Part shown: piece after piece, positions 28,530 to 41,662 of the stretch
Numbering within the stretch: position 1 is the stretch's first letter
Layout: each line of letters opens with the position of its first letter
Assembly: GCA_050273025.1 (NCBI GenBank)
Contig: CP158636.1
Location: forward strand, 7,626,001 to 7,690,000
Direction: 5' to 3'
Origin: Cenococcum geophilum
Taxonomy: Eukaryota
DNA length: 64,000 nucleotides
Translations under genes and position numbers: made by a program
The notes under the pieces: generated by a model
Seen by the model: the letters and a program-made list of their open reading frames with translations, nothing else
The model's database searches: none
What the model was told of the DNA's origin: nothing

Positions 28530-29970
28530 TTATAATATAGAACACCTTCCTATAAAGATAGCGGGCAGAATATTTTAATAGACCTTAACTATAAAGTCTA
28601 CCTGTTGTGACGGCGCTGGAGCGCGTCACCTAGTCAGGGGTTCGCGTAAGACTTGGCATGTGTATATAGACGTCGCCTCACCACCTTCTCTTGCTCCTTA
28701 GCTTAATATCTTCGTAATATAGCATTCGTTCGCTTGATCTTGCAAGCATTCGTTCAAGTCTCTGTTAAGACATTTGTTTGATGGTTCGAGCCATCACACC
28801 TGTGTTATCTGGGCTATAGCGACATAGACAATATCTTAATAGCACTTCCCGCTTTAGATTATCCTTAAGACGGTATCTATTACGAAACTACGTAAATTGC
28901 GTACGCTATTATTACTAATAATAGATAGGAGGGATTCTTAACGGAGATAAGGACTAATGCGCGTGCTTTGTTTAGTCCTAATAGTATTCTATATAGAAAC
29001 AATTACTATTTCTAGGTTTTTAAAAACGCTGCTAATGGTAAGCAAATAAAAAGCTCCCGTATACTTATACTTGTGTATTAATATTAAGGTCTTAGAGAAA
29101 TATCCTATAGTCCTATCTTTTACCCACTAGCGCTTCCCCTATAATAAACTACCTTAATTATAGAGTTTCTGCGAGCCTCCTAAGCTTTCTCTTAATAGGC
29201 AATTACTTTGTTAAAGTAGTTTAGTAGAAGCTATACTGGCCTAGGATGTCTCCTGCCGTATAACGAACTATATTAAGGGTACGGAATATATACACTTAGT
29301 GCCGCGGAGCGAAGAGCGCTAGTTTTAGGATAATAGCATATTCTAATACATAAATTAGCAGCGCTTAAGGTCTGCACCTGTTAATAACGCTTAGAATACT
29401 ATTCTCCTTCGGTCTAATATTTATACAATCTTTAACTAGAAGCGTTTTACGATCGTTTCTAAGTCTTTTATCCCCCTCGTTTATATTCTAGCCCTAGGTT
29501 TATCTCTTTAGCTTATAAGTCTCTACCATAACGTATCGCTATAGCTACTCGTTAGTGTCGCTATTTAGTACATTTTAGTACGCTTTGCGTGGACAATCTT
29601 TGCTTAATCCGTTAATTTTATATAGTAGGGCCTTAAGCGGAGGCTTTACATCTATATAGGTAACGGGGAGACGAGTATTATAGACTTCTTAGGAGACTAA
29701 TATAGGTAGCTACTCGCGTTAGGGGCCAAATCTCGGAGTTAAAGTCTGCGAAAACGATAACGGGATGCTTATATGGCTCTGGCGGGAGATAGGGAAGATA
29801 ATAAAGAAGAGCGATATTTCTAGGGTCGTGGGAGACGGCGTAGTTTCGGCGCCTCGTTATAAGATTCTTCCTTTAATAAAACGCTGTGGATTACCTCTTA
29901 AGAGACTATACTAGATATAGATATTAATAATAATAATAACGAGCTAGACAACTGTAATAATATAAAAAGG
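28530..29970 (+). pseudogene. Fungal HNH endonuclease (HNH_2-type) gene, RIPed and interrupted by a solo LTR
   Basis: Motifs LCYLGY (LRHPGY), LPALDYP*DGIYYETT*IAYAIITNNR*EGFL, A*DVSCRITNYIKGTEYIHLVPRSEER*F, ILLRSNIYTIFN*KRF (LLRSDIHxxFD) and RFAWTIF, then an acidic tail. Confidence 0.85.
28606..28798 (+). mobile_element. Solo LTR (193 bp), Gypsy-type
   Basis: tgtgacggc...gccatcaca termini and a perfect 5-bp TSD cctgt (28601-28605 and 28799-28803). Partly similar to the adjacent Gypsy LTR and only weakly RIPed. Confidence 0.92.
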
Positions 29971-30088
29971 TATTTAAAAAGATAGTGTTTAGCGGGTTCC
30001 TATAATTATAATAATCCTAGTTAGAAGTCTATCTTAGATCCTTATTCTAGATAATTATTAATATTACTTTTAAGTTTAATTTATAAAT

Positions 30089-31070
30089 TTACTACTTTAT
30101 ATACCCTCCTTTTATATCTACTATATCTTAATAACGTTCTTTTATATTCCTAATATATTTTACAAAATTAGATAGTTCTAATACCGCCTACTCTTTCTCT
30201 ATATATTGCCCTAACTCTATAAGGCTATACGGAAATCTTTTAGCTACTTTCTATTTTAATAGACGCTAGATATTCTCTATTAGATTTAAGTTAGGAGAAT
30301 TAGTAGGCTAATATATCTTATCTATACCATTTAAATTATAGAGCTATTGCGTAAACTTAGCAGTATGTTAAGAAGCACTATCTTTTATTAGAATAATATG
30401 CCTCTAAGGGTTTTCCGGGTATTATACCACCTAGTTTATAAATTAGCATACCTAGGGAAGCACTCTTTCTCTATATACTTTACTCGTTATACTACCCTAT
30501 TCCTTTTTAATAACTACTATATCTCCTTTACTAAGCGCTAAAATGCTCCTATAGATAGTCTAAAAAGAGTAATCTTTAAACTTAGGAGAATAATAAGAAT
30601 TATTATACTTCTTTTCTAGTTGCTAGGTAATATATACCTTTCTAAAGCCTTTAGTTAAGAGGGAGTACTTATTAGTTTAGATAATATAAGCCTACTACTC
30701 TGGCGTCTAGCTTAAATGCTTAATTGCCTATACTAAACGTACTTGCTTTTATGCTTCGGTAAGGAAAAGTTTTAAGGTAGCTATATAGTAACCGTAAAAC
30801 TCTATTTTAAATGCTGCTATAAGGGCTTTTTAATAAGCCTATATACCTTCTAGCTAAGCGATTTCCTTATACATTATTTAACGATAAGTAGCGTTAAGGA
30901 TTATATAAATAATAAGGCGTTCCTAAACCTCGCCTGTAATGGCAGGCTTTTTACCTATTTACTTCTTTAGGGCTTTAGCTTAGGATCTTATTATAGATTA
31001 AATAGTTGTTTAAGGAAGTTTTATAGTTGTGGTAATTACTTCTAGTATCTAATGTAAAAGATTAGAGAGT
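30089..31070 (-). mobile_element. Tc1/mariner (DDE_3) transposase pseudogene
   Basis: De-RIP readings KPFLTEAQKQARLAWAIEHLSWTPEQWAHIIWTDE, WPPNSPDLNPIENIWRLLK and terminal GGHTKW*. No TIR pair of its own was found. Confidence 0.88.
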
Positions 31071-32409
31071 GTAAAGATGCGACAGCGCTCTTTATAGGAT
31101 AGTTTAGTTCCTAGTTATTAGGTCTAGTTTATTAAATATAATAGGCGACACTAACGAGGTCTTTAAATAACGTTAGGTATACTTATTCTACTAATATACT
31201 CTAATACACTTTATAGTAAGGATATGCGCTTTTATAGTTAAAGTAGTTATTCTAGTACGTTTAATAGCACTACTTAAGATAATAACTTTCTTGCTAATGC
31301 TTCTAAAGCGTTAGAGTAATAACTAGGACTAGATTTTTAGTGCAAGTATATATAATATTTAGCCTCTTCTAGGAGGGTTAATTTATTAATTTCCTTATAT
31401 TACCGCTATTTGCATTATTCTGTCTGCTATAATAGATAAGCAAACGCATCTACTTACTTATCCTACTTTATAAATTTTCCTTAAAAATAAGCAAGAAGCG
31501 AGTTTGTTAATAAATACTTACTTAGTACTATAGGGTCAGCACCGCCATATACTACGACTGAATCTCACGCTTTAGTTGACTTAGTAATCGCGCTACGCTA
31601 ATCTAACGTAGGCTCTTCGTTATAGCTGAGCAGTAGGGAGAGTTCTGTAGCTAGTGATATAAATATAGCGGTGCTTAACCGCCACAACGCTAAGCCTAAG
31701 AGAGTTGTTGGTTTTAACGTACCAGCTTATAGTAAAACCGCTTCTTACTAGCTTCCTTTCTTTATTCTAAGAAAGTAGCGCCTTAAAATAAGGGTATAGC
31801 TAGAGCGGGTCGGCCACCCTCCCTACTAGCGCTAGGAATATAGAAGAACCTTAAGCACTAGCACTATCCTCTATTTTAGTGCAAAATAATATAATATAGT
31901 AAGTTGGAATGGCAACGCCACTATAATATAACTATTATTAGAACCTAAGAACATAATTAGAGTAAGTTAGCGCTCCCTACTTAGCGTGGTTAAAATCCCT
32001 ATATAGTACTAAAGTAAAAGTGGTATAGTGCTTATATTACGAAATTTAATTAACTCCTAAGGCTCGCATTACCTTGTAACTCACCACTAGTTTCTTAACT
32101 TATATTTCTTATATTGTATATCTTACTATCTATTTTTATTACCTATTGCTAACTATAAGCGCTGTCTACCGAGGCAATTGTGCATTATTATTATTATCTT
32201 TTTACTACCCACCTTGTGTATATATAGACGCTTTAGAGCTACATTTACAATTAAGTCGCTTATTTAATTCTCCTACACTGTAAAGCTTATATAAAAGGTA
32301 CTTCTCTTAACCTTAGGAGGTATATAATATATAACAAACTAGTTCTTTAGTGTACTGGTTATAGTAGTTAGGTATAGGCTTAGCTTTAATATTCCCTTTC
32401 TAGATAACC

Positions 32410-32690
32410 CTTTTTACCTCTCTACCTCGCACCTTTATACCTCTATACTTTTCCACGTCTCTACTTATGGCTATACTTATAGGTTTACCCATATCTCTAT
32501 TTATTGCTCTACTTATAGCTCTACTTATATATCTACTTGTATCTCTACCCATAGCTCTGCCTATATCTCCTTACATCTCTTTATATATCTCTTTATATAT
32601 CTTATAGGGGGGTATAGAGACATAGACGTAGATATAAAGACGTAAAGATGTGGAGATATAAAGGCGTAGAGGCGTAGAGGTGCCTTTAGG
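32410..32690. repeat. Low-complexity foldback: 8-12-bp repeats, C/T-rich arm facing a G/A-rich inverted arm
   Basis: cctctatac/cacgtctctac/ctctacttatag units at 32415-32600 oppose gacgtaga/ggcgtaga units at 32610-32685. Confidence 0.5.
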
Positions 32691-33749
32691 GGTAGGCCGT
32701 GCTAAATTAAGCTATGACTTTAACAAATAAGCTCTAAGCTACTAATTTTGCACTAGCAGAATAAAACTTAGCAGAAGATTTAGACAGTAAAGTTACTGCT
32801 AAAAGTTACTGTCTAGATTTTAACCGCTAAAAAGACTATATAGTTTATTATGCTAAGCAGCCTTAAGCTCTTAACCAGACCAGTAATCTTATATTAGTAA
32901 ATTGTACAGTACTAAGACCCTAGAGCTCCTAGAGCCCTCTTAAAACCTCCTAATAGTCCTAATAGGAACCTACTAAAAACCTATTAGGGCTCTATTAGGG
33001 CCTAAACGAAACTTCCGTGTAACACTTACACTTAGAGTTTCTATTAGGGGCCTAATCGGACGGTCAGTGCTGTTAGGTCCCCGCTAGGGCCCAATAGGAC
33101 TAACAGGAGGCCACACACTTTTCCTAATGTATTAGATTAAAGTAGAGTAGATTTGACCCCTAAATCTACTCTAAAGCTCTTAGAGCTCTATAAACGCTAA
33201 ACCTAAATAGGACTAACGGTTCCCTATAAAGGTTAGTAATCCAGCTCTAGTCTAGTCTAGTCTAAATTGGCTCTAGTCTAATAAGATTACTAAACTAGAC
33301 TAAGGTATAAGGTTATATGCGGGCGTAAAGTACCCAACATCTACTATAAGATTATTCGCCTAAAGAGACGTTAAATCACTAATATCCTTAAGATCGTTCT
33401 ATTTAGAAGGACTTAGTAAGCCTCTAATTAGATAATAGTGCCGAGATTAAAGAATACTCTTAAATAATATATTATTGGTCTATGTGGCTTTTAGCTTAGT
33501 AAAAGCCGATAGTAAAACATAATGCCCTAAAGTCCTTCTATTACCTACCTAAGCCTTAAAAACCTTTAACTATTAACTAAACCAACTTACTACGCTATTC
33601 TGCGACCAAAGAGTAACATAGTCGGTTCTATAGGTGGACTCGCATTTATTGCCATAGCTAATATATATTTAACTCTGGCTGTAGGTAATAAGTGGCTTAC
33701 CTATACATAGTATAAGTTCTTTAGTTAACTATACCCTATTTATTAATAT

Positions 33750-35220
33750 AGAAAGTAAGTATAAAGTAAAGAAAATATAACTACTACTAACTAGATCGGG
33801 TTTATTACTGTGTATTTTCTGCATTATTGTTAGTTAACTATGCCTACTTAACTATTATAGGGAGTAAGTGAACCTATAAAATGGAGAATGGGTAGGCTAG
33901 AGTTAATAGCTAATCGCGACTTATTAATGGCTGTAGAGAGTAAGTAAACCTAACTAGAGTGGAGTATATAGAAGTAATAGCTAATTATGTCCTCTTAACG
34001 ATTATAGTTTATTAATAAACTAGATAAAATGACTATTGAATTAGTAGCTAACCCTAGCTACTTAGCTGTTATAGAAAGTAAGTTAGCTTAATAAAAAGGA
34101 ATTTTCTTTATTAAACTAATTGCTAATATTATCCCCTTCGCGGCTATAGCTTGTAAGTAAATTACTATAATAGTATCTAGTGTAAATATTAAATTTATAA
34201 CTAACCGCGTCTCCTTAATGGTTATAGGATGTAAGTAAATTTGGATTAAGTAAAGTATACTAAATTAATGGCTGACTGCGTCTCCTTAATAGTTATAGCT
34301 CGTAAGTAAACCTAGATAGAGTGGAGTATACTAAATTAATGGCTAACTACGTCTCTTTAATAGTTATAGGATATAAGTAAACCTAGATAGAATAAAGTAT
34401 GCTAAATTAATAGCTAACTGCGTCTCCTTAATGGTTATAGCCCGTAAGTAAACCCGGATAGAGTAAAGTATGCTAAATTAATAGCTAACTGTGTCTCCTT
34501 AATGGTTATAGCCTATAAGTAAACCTAGATAGAGTAGAGTATACTAAATTAATGGCTAACTATATCTCCTTAACGGTTATAGGATGTAAGTAAATCTAGA
34601 TAGAGTAGGGTATGCTTAATTAATAGCTAACTGTGTCTCCTTAACGGTTATAGCCCGTAAGTAAACCCGGATAGAGTAAAGTATACTAAATTAATAGCTA
34701 ACTGCGTCTCCTTAACGGTTATAGTATATAAGTAAACCTAGATAGAGTAGAGTATGCTAAATTAATAGCTAACTGCGTCTCCTTAACGGTTATAGCTTAT
34801 AAGTAAACCTAGATAGAGTAAAGTATGCTAAATTAATAGCTAACTGTGTCTTCTTAATAGTTATAGCTTGTAAGTAAACCTAGATAGAGTAGGGTATACT
34901 AAATTAATAGCTAACTGCGTTTCCTTAATAGTTATAGGCCGTAAGTAAACCTAAATAGAATAGAGTATACTAAATTAATAGCTAACTATATCTCCTTAAT
35001 GATTATAGCCTATAAGTAAACCTAGATAGAGTAAAGTATGCTAAATTAATGGCTAACTGTGTCTCTTTAATAGTTATAGCCTATAAGTAAACCTAGATAG
35101 AGTAAAGTATACTAAATTAATAGCTAACTATATTTCCTTAATAGTTATAGTATATAAGTAAACCTAGATAGAATGGAGTATACTAAATTAATAGCTAATT
35201 GCGTTTCCTTAATAGTTATA
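33750..35220. repeat. 72-bp tandem repeat array (~14 conserved units plus degenerate units on the left)
   Basis: Unit gtaagtaaacctagatagagtagagtatgctaaattaatagctaactgcgtctccttaacggttatagccc, with a 72-bp period over 34230-35220. Confidence 0.92.
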
Positions 35221-35800
35221 AGGGAATTTAGGGAGTAGAAAAGAAGTAATAGCGCTTCTCTTTAAGCGGTAAGTAGACGAGGTCAAAATCATAAAAGAGG
35301 TAGTTAAAGTAGTAGTGGGGAATTTAAGAAGTGGAAATAAAGTAATAGCGCTTCTCCTTAAGTGGCGGGCAAATATATTAGTAATAGCAGTTAGCTTAGT
35401 AGCTAAAATCGCCAAGTCCTTTATTTAAGAAGTAATGGCGCTTTTCCTTAAGCGGTAGGTAGACGAGGTTAGGATTATAAAAGAGGTAGTTAAAGTAGTA
35501 GCGGGGAACAAAGAGAGTAGAAAAGAAGTAATAGCGCTTTTTTTTAAGCGGTGGGTAGATAAGATTAAGATTATAAAAAAGGTAGTTAGGGCGGCAGCAG
35601 GGAACAAGGAAAGTAGAAAAGAAGTAATAGCGCTTCTCTTTAAGCGGCGGGTAGATGAGGTTAAGATTATAAAAGAGGTAGTTAAAGTAGTAGCGGGGAA
35701 TTGGAGATGTGGAAAGAAGTAATAGCGCTTCTCCTTAAGCGGCGGGCAGACGAGGTTAAGATTATAGAAGAAGTGGTTAAAACAGCTACAATGAATTTGA
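35221..35800. repeat. 96-bp tandem repeat array (~6 units) abutting the 72-bp array
   Basis: aagaagtaatagcgcttctc... recurs at ~35241, 35338, 35427, 35523, 35619 and 35715. A 32-aa period is visible in ORF 35425-35811. Confidence 0.85.
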
Positions 35801-36238
35801 GCAGCAGACAAGAAATACTAACGCTTTTATCTAAGTAATGCCTAGATATGGTACGGGAAATACTTTATATTATATTAAGTAGCTTTAAGCAATTTAGGCC
35901 AACCTTCTTTAGGGTAATACTTAATAGTTATTAGATATATATTAGACCTAGAGGACGGGTTTAGGACATTATCTAGTATATCTACGGCGTTTAATCTAGG
36001 TTTATATAGTATTTAGTAGGGATTCTTAAGCGCTTTTAGGAATTTTTAGCTAGTTTAGATCTATTAATAATATTCTATCTCTTAACCCGCTAAAGTATAA
36101 TGCTTAGGCTAGTTTTTAGGGCTATGCAGGAATACTATATATAGTTTTTATTATAGAGATTTAAATAAGAGTCTCCTATTGGCCAGGCCTTATTAATAAT
36201 ACTATATAGTAGGTTAAGGAATAACTAATAAATAGATA

Positions 36239-36306
36239 GGTATGCTTATAAGTAATATATAACGGTAATTAAAGTAATTTAGTATTAGATATTGCTACTA
36301 TAAGCG
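36239..36306 (+). repeat. ~65-bp dispersed direct repeat, second copy at 44951-45015
   Basis: gtatgcttataagtaatatataacggtaattaaagtaattt...gctactataag vs gtatgcttataagtaatacctaacggtagtaaaagtaattc...gccactataag. Confidence 0.75.
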
Positions 36307-36789
36307 TATATATATATATATGTATATTCTATTATAGCTATATACTATTTAACTTAGGTATAGGCCGTTACTAAGCGCTAATTAGAGTAAACTAATATAA
36401 ATTATACCTGCTCTAATTTAGTAGCCAACTATAAGGGCTATTTCTCCTTCCTTTAACATTGTAATTAATATAGGAAATAAGGAGAGAGTATATAAACCTA
36501 AAAGATAAAGAGCGCATATATATATCGAAATTCTATCCTAAAACCTGCCCGTATCCGCCTATACCCTTAAAGAGCGCCTCCCCAGCTACTATTACCGATA
36601 ACTGCAATAGCTGCTTCCCTTAGTAGCAGTTTACTAAGTTATATTATTTTTAAACGGCCTAATACTAATAAGCAGGTTAAGAGGGTGGCGGCGATTGTAT
36701 ATTAAGGCGAGATCTAAAATGAAATTTAATAAAGGATAAGGATAGGGACCTAGTTACCCGTGCTGCTAAATTGTAAGAATCCTATCCTT

Positions 36790-37250
36790 CTCTTTCCTAT
36801 ATACTGGGCACTTACGGTATAAGGCTTAGTATAGGCCCCAGCAGTTCACACAGCGTAGGTTTACTATTTCGCACTAGAGATAACCTTCCTGGCTATATAT
36901 ATCGCACGTATTAGGTTGTATATAGTCTCTAGCTCTATATCTAAACCTTCTACATTTAAAATATGCCACTGGAGTACGTCGCTCTTCGAATGGCGACACC
37001 ATGATCGCATCCCTACTAAATAACATACTGTTTATCCTAAGAAGCTTCTCTACGTCCTCCTTTATCGCTACCTTAACCACTACTAACGCATGCTAGCCGC
37101 TGGGCCTTGGTCTTCTAAGCTATCTCATTATATATACCTCTACCCTATTCTTCTCCCCAAACCGCTTTATAGCTGACTTACTTACTTTCCTACTATCTAT
37201 ATCTATTACTAGAGTTACTTTAACCCAGTCCGCTATTTTTTAGGGTGGTT
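36790..37250 (-). mobile_element. LINE (Tad1-like) ORF1 fragment with three CCHC zinc knuckles
   Basis: YFKCRRFRYRARDY..CDIYSQEGYL*C..RCVNCWGLY*ALYRKCP is a RIPed triple CCHC (ORF 36874-37080 and downstream). Confidence 0.75.
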
Positions 37251-39010
37251 AGTTGTTTATTATACTTAATTATATACCTTATAAGTTTAGGATACGCCTA
37301 GAATAGTATGTTGTCTAAAGCGCGGGAAGTAGCCTAGCCGCAATGACCTAGTTCCAATATTCGCTCTTTATTCCGCTAACGTCTGGTCTACTAGACCAGT
37401 TAAAGCTAGTAATTCTATTTTAGCTATATATAAACTTCTACTAATCTAATTAGGTGGAATTTCTTTATAATAAAAGCTGTAGTAAGTAAGACATCTAATT
37501 AATCTAGAGACTCTATATTTGCGGATACTATATTACTAAAAGAAAGAATAACTATACTTATACTCTCCTAAATAGTAAGATAGGAATTCTATAGCTGTAT
37601 AAAAGTATTTTAGCTAGCAACCGTAAAGAATAAGTAAGTAAGGAGCTAGAGCCTATTAGAATTGTCTAACAAGCTATGGTTAGCAAAGGTTTAATATATC
37701 TCTATTAACGGAAATTTGTAGTTATAAATAGGTGGAATCTCCTTTAGAGTTTATTTCTATAGCCTTTTAACCTTATAAGAGTGCTAATTATTAACTTTTT
37801 ATTTACTCTAAAGCCGTTTTAATGTCGTCCTTCTAGACCTAGTAATCGCTGCGTTTAGTATTTTAGTAGGCTTAACTTACTGTAGTTAATTTTTATTCGT
37901 AGGCGATTATGCTCCTTCTCTTTAGTATATTTTATTTTACGGTTTAGGATTGCGTTTAATAAAAGAGATATCTTTTATACGTTCTTCTATTATGTTATCC
38001 CGTCTATAAATATTATCTAACTCTGCCTTATCCTGCCCCTCTTTACACGCCTATATTTAGTCGTCCCGCCTTATATATTAGAGATTATAGTTAATTGATT
38101 ATTAAGGCTCTTTACGGTATTACTTATCTACCTAAGACAGCGATTGTTCTTTCTCTCCTTTCTAGTTATCTGTATAATTATAGGGTTAACTACTAGGACT
38201 TTACTGTAATGTTTTTACACTTTAGATTAATAAGTATATAGCTGTAAAGGGGAACTAGTTTTCTATATAGGATAAAGGGTGTTAAAGAGAAGGCGCGGGA
38301 GACTTTTAGGGGGTCGTGTTAACGCCTTAAGATGGCGTTAAATCACCGTTATGAGAGGAAAACTGATTAGTAGTGCTTGCCTTGGTCTGTTTAGCTAGCT
38401 TACTTATAGGTAAAGGGGACAAGCTAGAAGCTAAAAGGAGCTTACTAGGATCGATAAAATCACTATTACAATTTTGTAAATCTTCTTTAAATAAGTCTCT
38501 AACAGCAATATAGTATATAGCTATAGAATTAATAGCGGAGGAAAGTATAAGCGCCTAATTATAGATTAGCTGGGAATACTTTAAATTTATATCTAAGAGC
38601 CAGTTAAGCTTAAAGTAGACGTTATATTAAAGGATTATAAGTTCCTATAATAGCTATATTAGTTATAAAAATTAAACGCGATAGGGAAGTAAAGAAGGTA
38701 TACATTTTCTATCTTAGTATTAATAGTATTAATTAGTATGCCTTAAGTTGGTTTATTATAGGGATTATAGTTTAAAGGCGGACACTGCGCTTACATGCGT
38801 AAGTAGAAGGTAGTAGAATAAAGTTATATATAGAGACTAACGTATAGGTCTTAGCTTATTAACTACCTAAATATTTTAAGTAATAAAAGGCAGATCTAGC
38901 CTTATAGGGCAATAGCTCTATTAATAACCATTATTAATAATAATCGCTCTAGGTCGTATATTTAAAATCTTAGATAAACCTACCTCCTATAATTATGGCG
39001 GCCGACTCTA

Positions 39011-39636
39011 CAGAGGTGCGTTTTAAAAGTCTTTACCGCTAAGAAATTGACCGCCTTAGCTCACTACCTTCTAAATCTAGATATCCTCTTATTCGTCCTC
39101 TCCGCTTTAGGTGCTTTTAAGCGTCTTAGTACCTCTATAGCACCCTTTCTATACTTATTACCTCCTTTAAGCTTAATAACCTTTTAGATATACCTAAGAA
39201 TCCGCTTAATCTAAGCCTAAATCCTCTACTACTTAAGATCTCTTTATACTACCTGCCGTCTATATAGGTATTATAGGCGAGAGGAGGAGATTTTAGATTA
39301 AAGCTTTAATTGACTGTATAGCAATATATGTCTTATATAGTTTGTTTAGAAATTTATATTATCTTTATAATTTTGGTAGCTAAGATTTTATAAGCTCTAA
39401 GAGCTATAATTTAAGCCCTTATAGCTAAATTATAGCCACCTATAAAACGTTTAGCAGTAGATCTTTTAGTAACTATTTAGAATATTAAAAAAAACTTAAA
39501 AGCTACGGAATTAAGCTATTAAAAACAAACTTAGTAAAACGATTAATAATATAGTAGAATTCTACTGGTATAATCTTGTTATTCTATCTTGGCGGTAAGC
39601 TAGCTTAGCGGCAAAGGCTTTTAAAACGCACCTCCA
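39011..39636 (-). mobile_element. Non-autonomous Tc1/mariner deletion derivative
   Basis: TIRs ta|cagaggtgcgttttaaaagtctttaccgctaag and cttagcggcaaaggcttttaaaacgcacctcca|ta, with a TA TSD. Internal HTH relic ISKQTI*DIYCYTVN*SFN (cf. IYxRAxxRGFDP). Confidence 0.75.
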
Positions 39637-39689
39637 TAACACTACTTAATTAATTTAATTCTTCCTTAAATAGCGTATATAAGCCAACG

Positions 39690-40287
39690 CCCTTACTATA
39701 GGAGGAGTACGAGCCCTAAGCTCTATAAAATATTTAAGAATATTAGCTATACCTAAGACAACGCTTATACTACTCGCCGCTATACGCCCATACTAACTTA
39801 GTGCATTAATATTAGCACCTACCTTAATAAGCAACCGAAGCACGTCTATATATCCGTTATTGGCCGTATAGTATAGTAGTGTATTAGCGCCTTAATTAAA
39901 TAGGCTTATATTCTAAAAGTCCCTCCTTTCTATACGCTAGTTAGCAATTAGAACTAAGCTCTAGGCAGTTTAAATTATATCCTACTCCGCTAAGGCTAAT
40001 AAGCGCCGCCCTAGATGCTAGTATAGATAGCTTTTTATAGATTTAATTAAGTAGCGACTACTAATTAACGTAATTAGGGTCGCGGAGGAAGGGGATATTA
40101 GAGGAAGGGCTTAAAGGTATTTCTAATTATTCTAGCGGGGGAGCTTATTATTAGCATTATTAAGTTTAGGCTACTGTAACTTACTAGGCGGAAGGTAAAA
40201 CTTGGCGCTAATTAGCCTATAGCTCTACCCTACTTAAAAGCCGCGGTTGCCGTCTCCGAAGGTACTTATTGCGCTATTTTATGCTAT
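39690..40287 (-). pseudogene. Chimeric pseudogene: PP-motif NLR 5' exons joined to an ankyrin-repeat fragment
   Basis: 40287-39930 is an inverted copy of NLR exons 1-2. After the intron AG the sequence reads GANTLLYYTANNGYIDVLRLLIKVGANINALS*YGR (ankyrin consensus after de-RIP). Confidence 0.7.
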
Positions 40288-40450
40288 ACTAAATACGCGG
40301 GCAGAGAATTGTTCTAGATTGTAGAGTTAAAAGACTATAGGTATTGGCGGGCTGGCGTCTTAAGGTATACGGCTAGTTAGCTCTGCTAATTCCCTAGCCT
40401 TACACTATCGCTACCTTTTTAGCCTCTTTATTTACACTAGCGTTAGTGCC
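39930..40450. repeat. ~520-bp inverted repeat, partner at 41500-42019
   Basis: The reverse complement aligns continuously with 41500-42019, differing mostly by RIP-type transitions. Confidence 0.93.
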
Positions 40451-40547
40451 TAGCACGTGTTTAAATTTTATAGTATATATAATAGAACATATATTATATT
40501 AAGAAACAATTAAGTATAACCTAGTTCTAAAAGTAGTAAAAATATAC

Positions 40548-41441
40548 TTACTTTCCTTTAAAACTAATCCTACTAATAGAACCGTTAATGATCCCTGCCT
40601 AAAAGCCGCTATTCTTGTTTCTAAATATTACTCTTATTAACCGGTCCTGACTTTCCCTTACAGCTCTTGCTATTATATCCTCCCGTACCTTTAACAGTAG
40701 CTCTTTAAGCAATTCCCGCGAATAATTAAGCGCAGCCCGTTCCTCTTCAATTTACTTAACTATATTTATTATATCCTATTAATTTTAACTCTGGTTATTT
40801 ATAGAGTTAGTAAGGCAGATCTCTTCTAAGGCACTCTTTACTTCTGCTAGCTGTGCGTCCGTAGACGTAATAGCTTTGGAAATCTCCGCCTCCTTAGTTA
40901 AAATTGTTTTTTTATCTCTTTAGTAATATAAGTATAGCGGATCGAGCAGTACCTGTGCAATTATAGTTAGTATTATTGTTGTCCTCTAAGGCCCTTATTA
41001 GATTATATATAAGGTCGCTATACTAACTGCTAAATTAAGGGTAATTTTACAGCTTTAAAGTTGCTTAGACATGGCCTTAATCTAACACTCCTTAAAGAAG
41101 CCGACATTTACCCTATCTTGCTATAACAGCCTCCCTTTATTAGAATGTCTAGTTTAGCGGTATAGGTCGTCCTAGAATATGCCACATGCTCTTATATAAT
41201 TCTTAATCGCCACCCTTAACTAATTGGATATTGTTTCGCTAAGGACCTCCTACTTAGGGTCCTTAATAGCTTAAAGTAATTAAAGGGCCATTTCAGCCGA
41301 TATGACATCGTCCTTTAGGCTTTAGACGACCTATAGGGTATTAATAATCTTATTAAGGTTATCTAAAAGAAGTCGGGTACTATATAGGGCGGGAATAGTG
41401 ACGCTAATAATGCTTACGGCAACGTTAAGAGGATTAGGCAT
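40548..41441 (-). pseudogene. HeLo-like/SesA-type effector with C-terminal PP amyloid motif (HELLP-like), RIPed
   Basis: N-terminus MPNPLNVAVSIISVTIPALYSTRLLLDNLNKIINTP (hydrophobic HeLo-like helix). C-terminus VIFRNKNSGF*AGIINGSISRISFKGK* (de-RIP NSGFQAGIING), matching the PP core NxGxQxG. Confidence 0.78.
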
Positions 41442-41662
41442 TTTTATAAATGGAAATTAAAGAGTCTAAGCTATAAAAATTTAAATATTGGTCCGTAAGG
41501 GCATTAATGCCGGTATAGACGAAGAGGCTAAAAAGGCAGTAATAGCGTAAGGCTAGGGAATAGGCAGAGCTAACTAGCCGCACGCCTTAAAACGCCAGCC
41601 CGCCAATATCTATAGTCTCTTAACTTTATAATCTAGAATAATTCTCTGCTTATATATTTAGT

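Larger units (their letters stand above)
28202..31825. mobile_element. Cassette 1: segment bounded by inverted ~40-bp termini (TAGGGAGGGTGGCC...), enclosing an HNH nuclease gene and a Tc1 transposase relic
   Basis: Left ctag|tagggagggtggctaagccgtaccgactaaacccttat; right ataagggtatagctagagcgggtcggccaccctcccta|ctag. The same motif bounds 45016-48601. Confidence 0.65.

Noticed and set aside
30089..31070. Tc1 transposase as the proven mobiliser of the TAGGGAGGG cassettes
   Set aside because: It appears 5'-truncated, lies ~750 bp from the terminus and is absent from cassette 2, so it may be a nested relic. Left unresolved.
34200..35220. CRISPR-like regular array
   Set aside because: Units are contiguous with no unique spacers, the context is eukaryotic and there are no cas genes. 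The same applies to the 75-bp and 35-bp arrays.
37280..38950. Possible RIPed gene(s) between the LINE fragment and the Tc1 derivative
   Set aside because: Protein-like in places, but no motif could be recognised.
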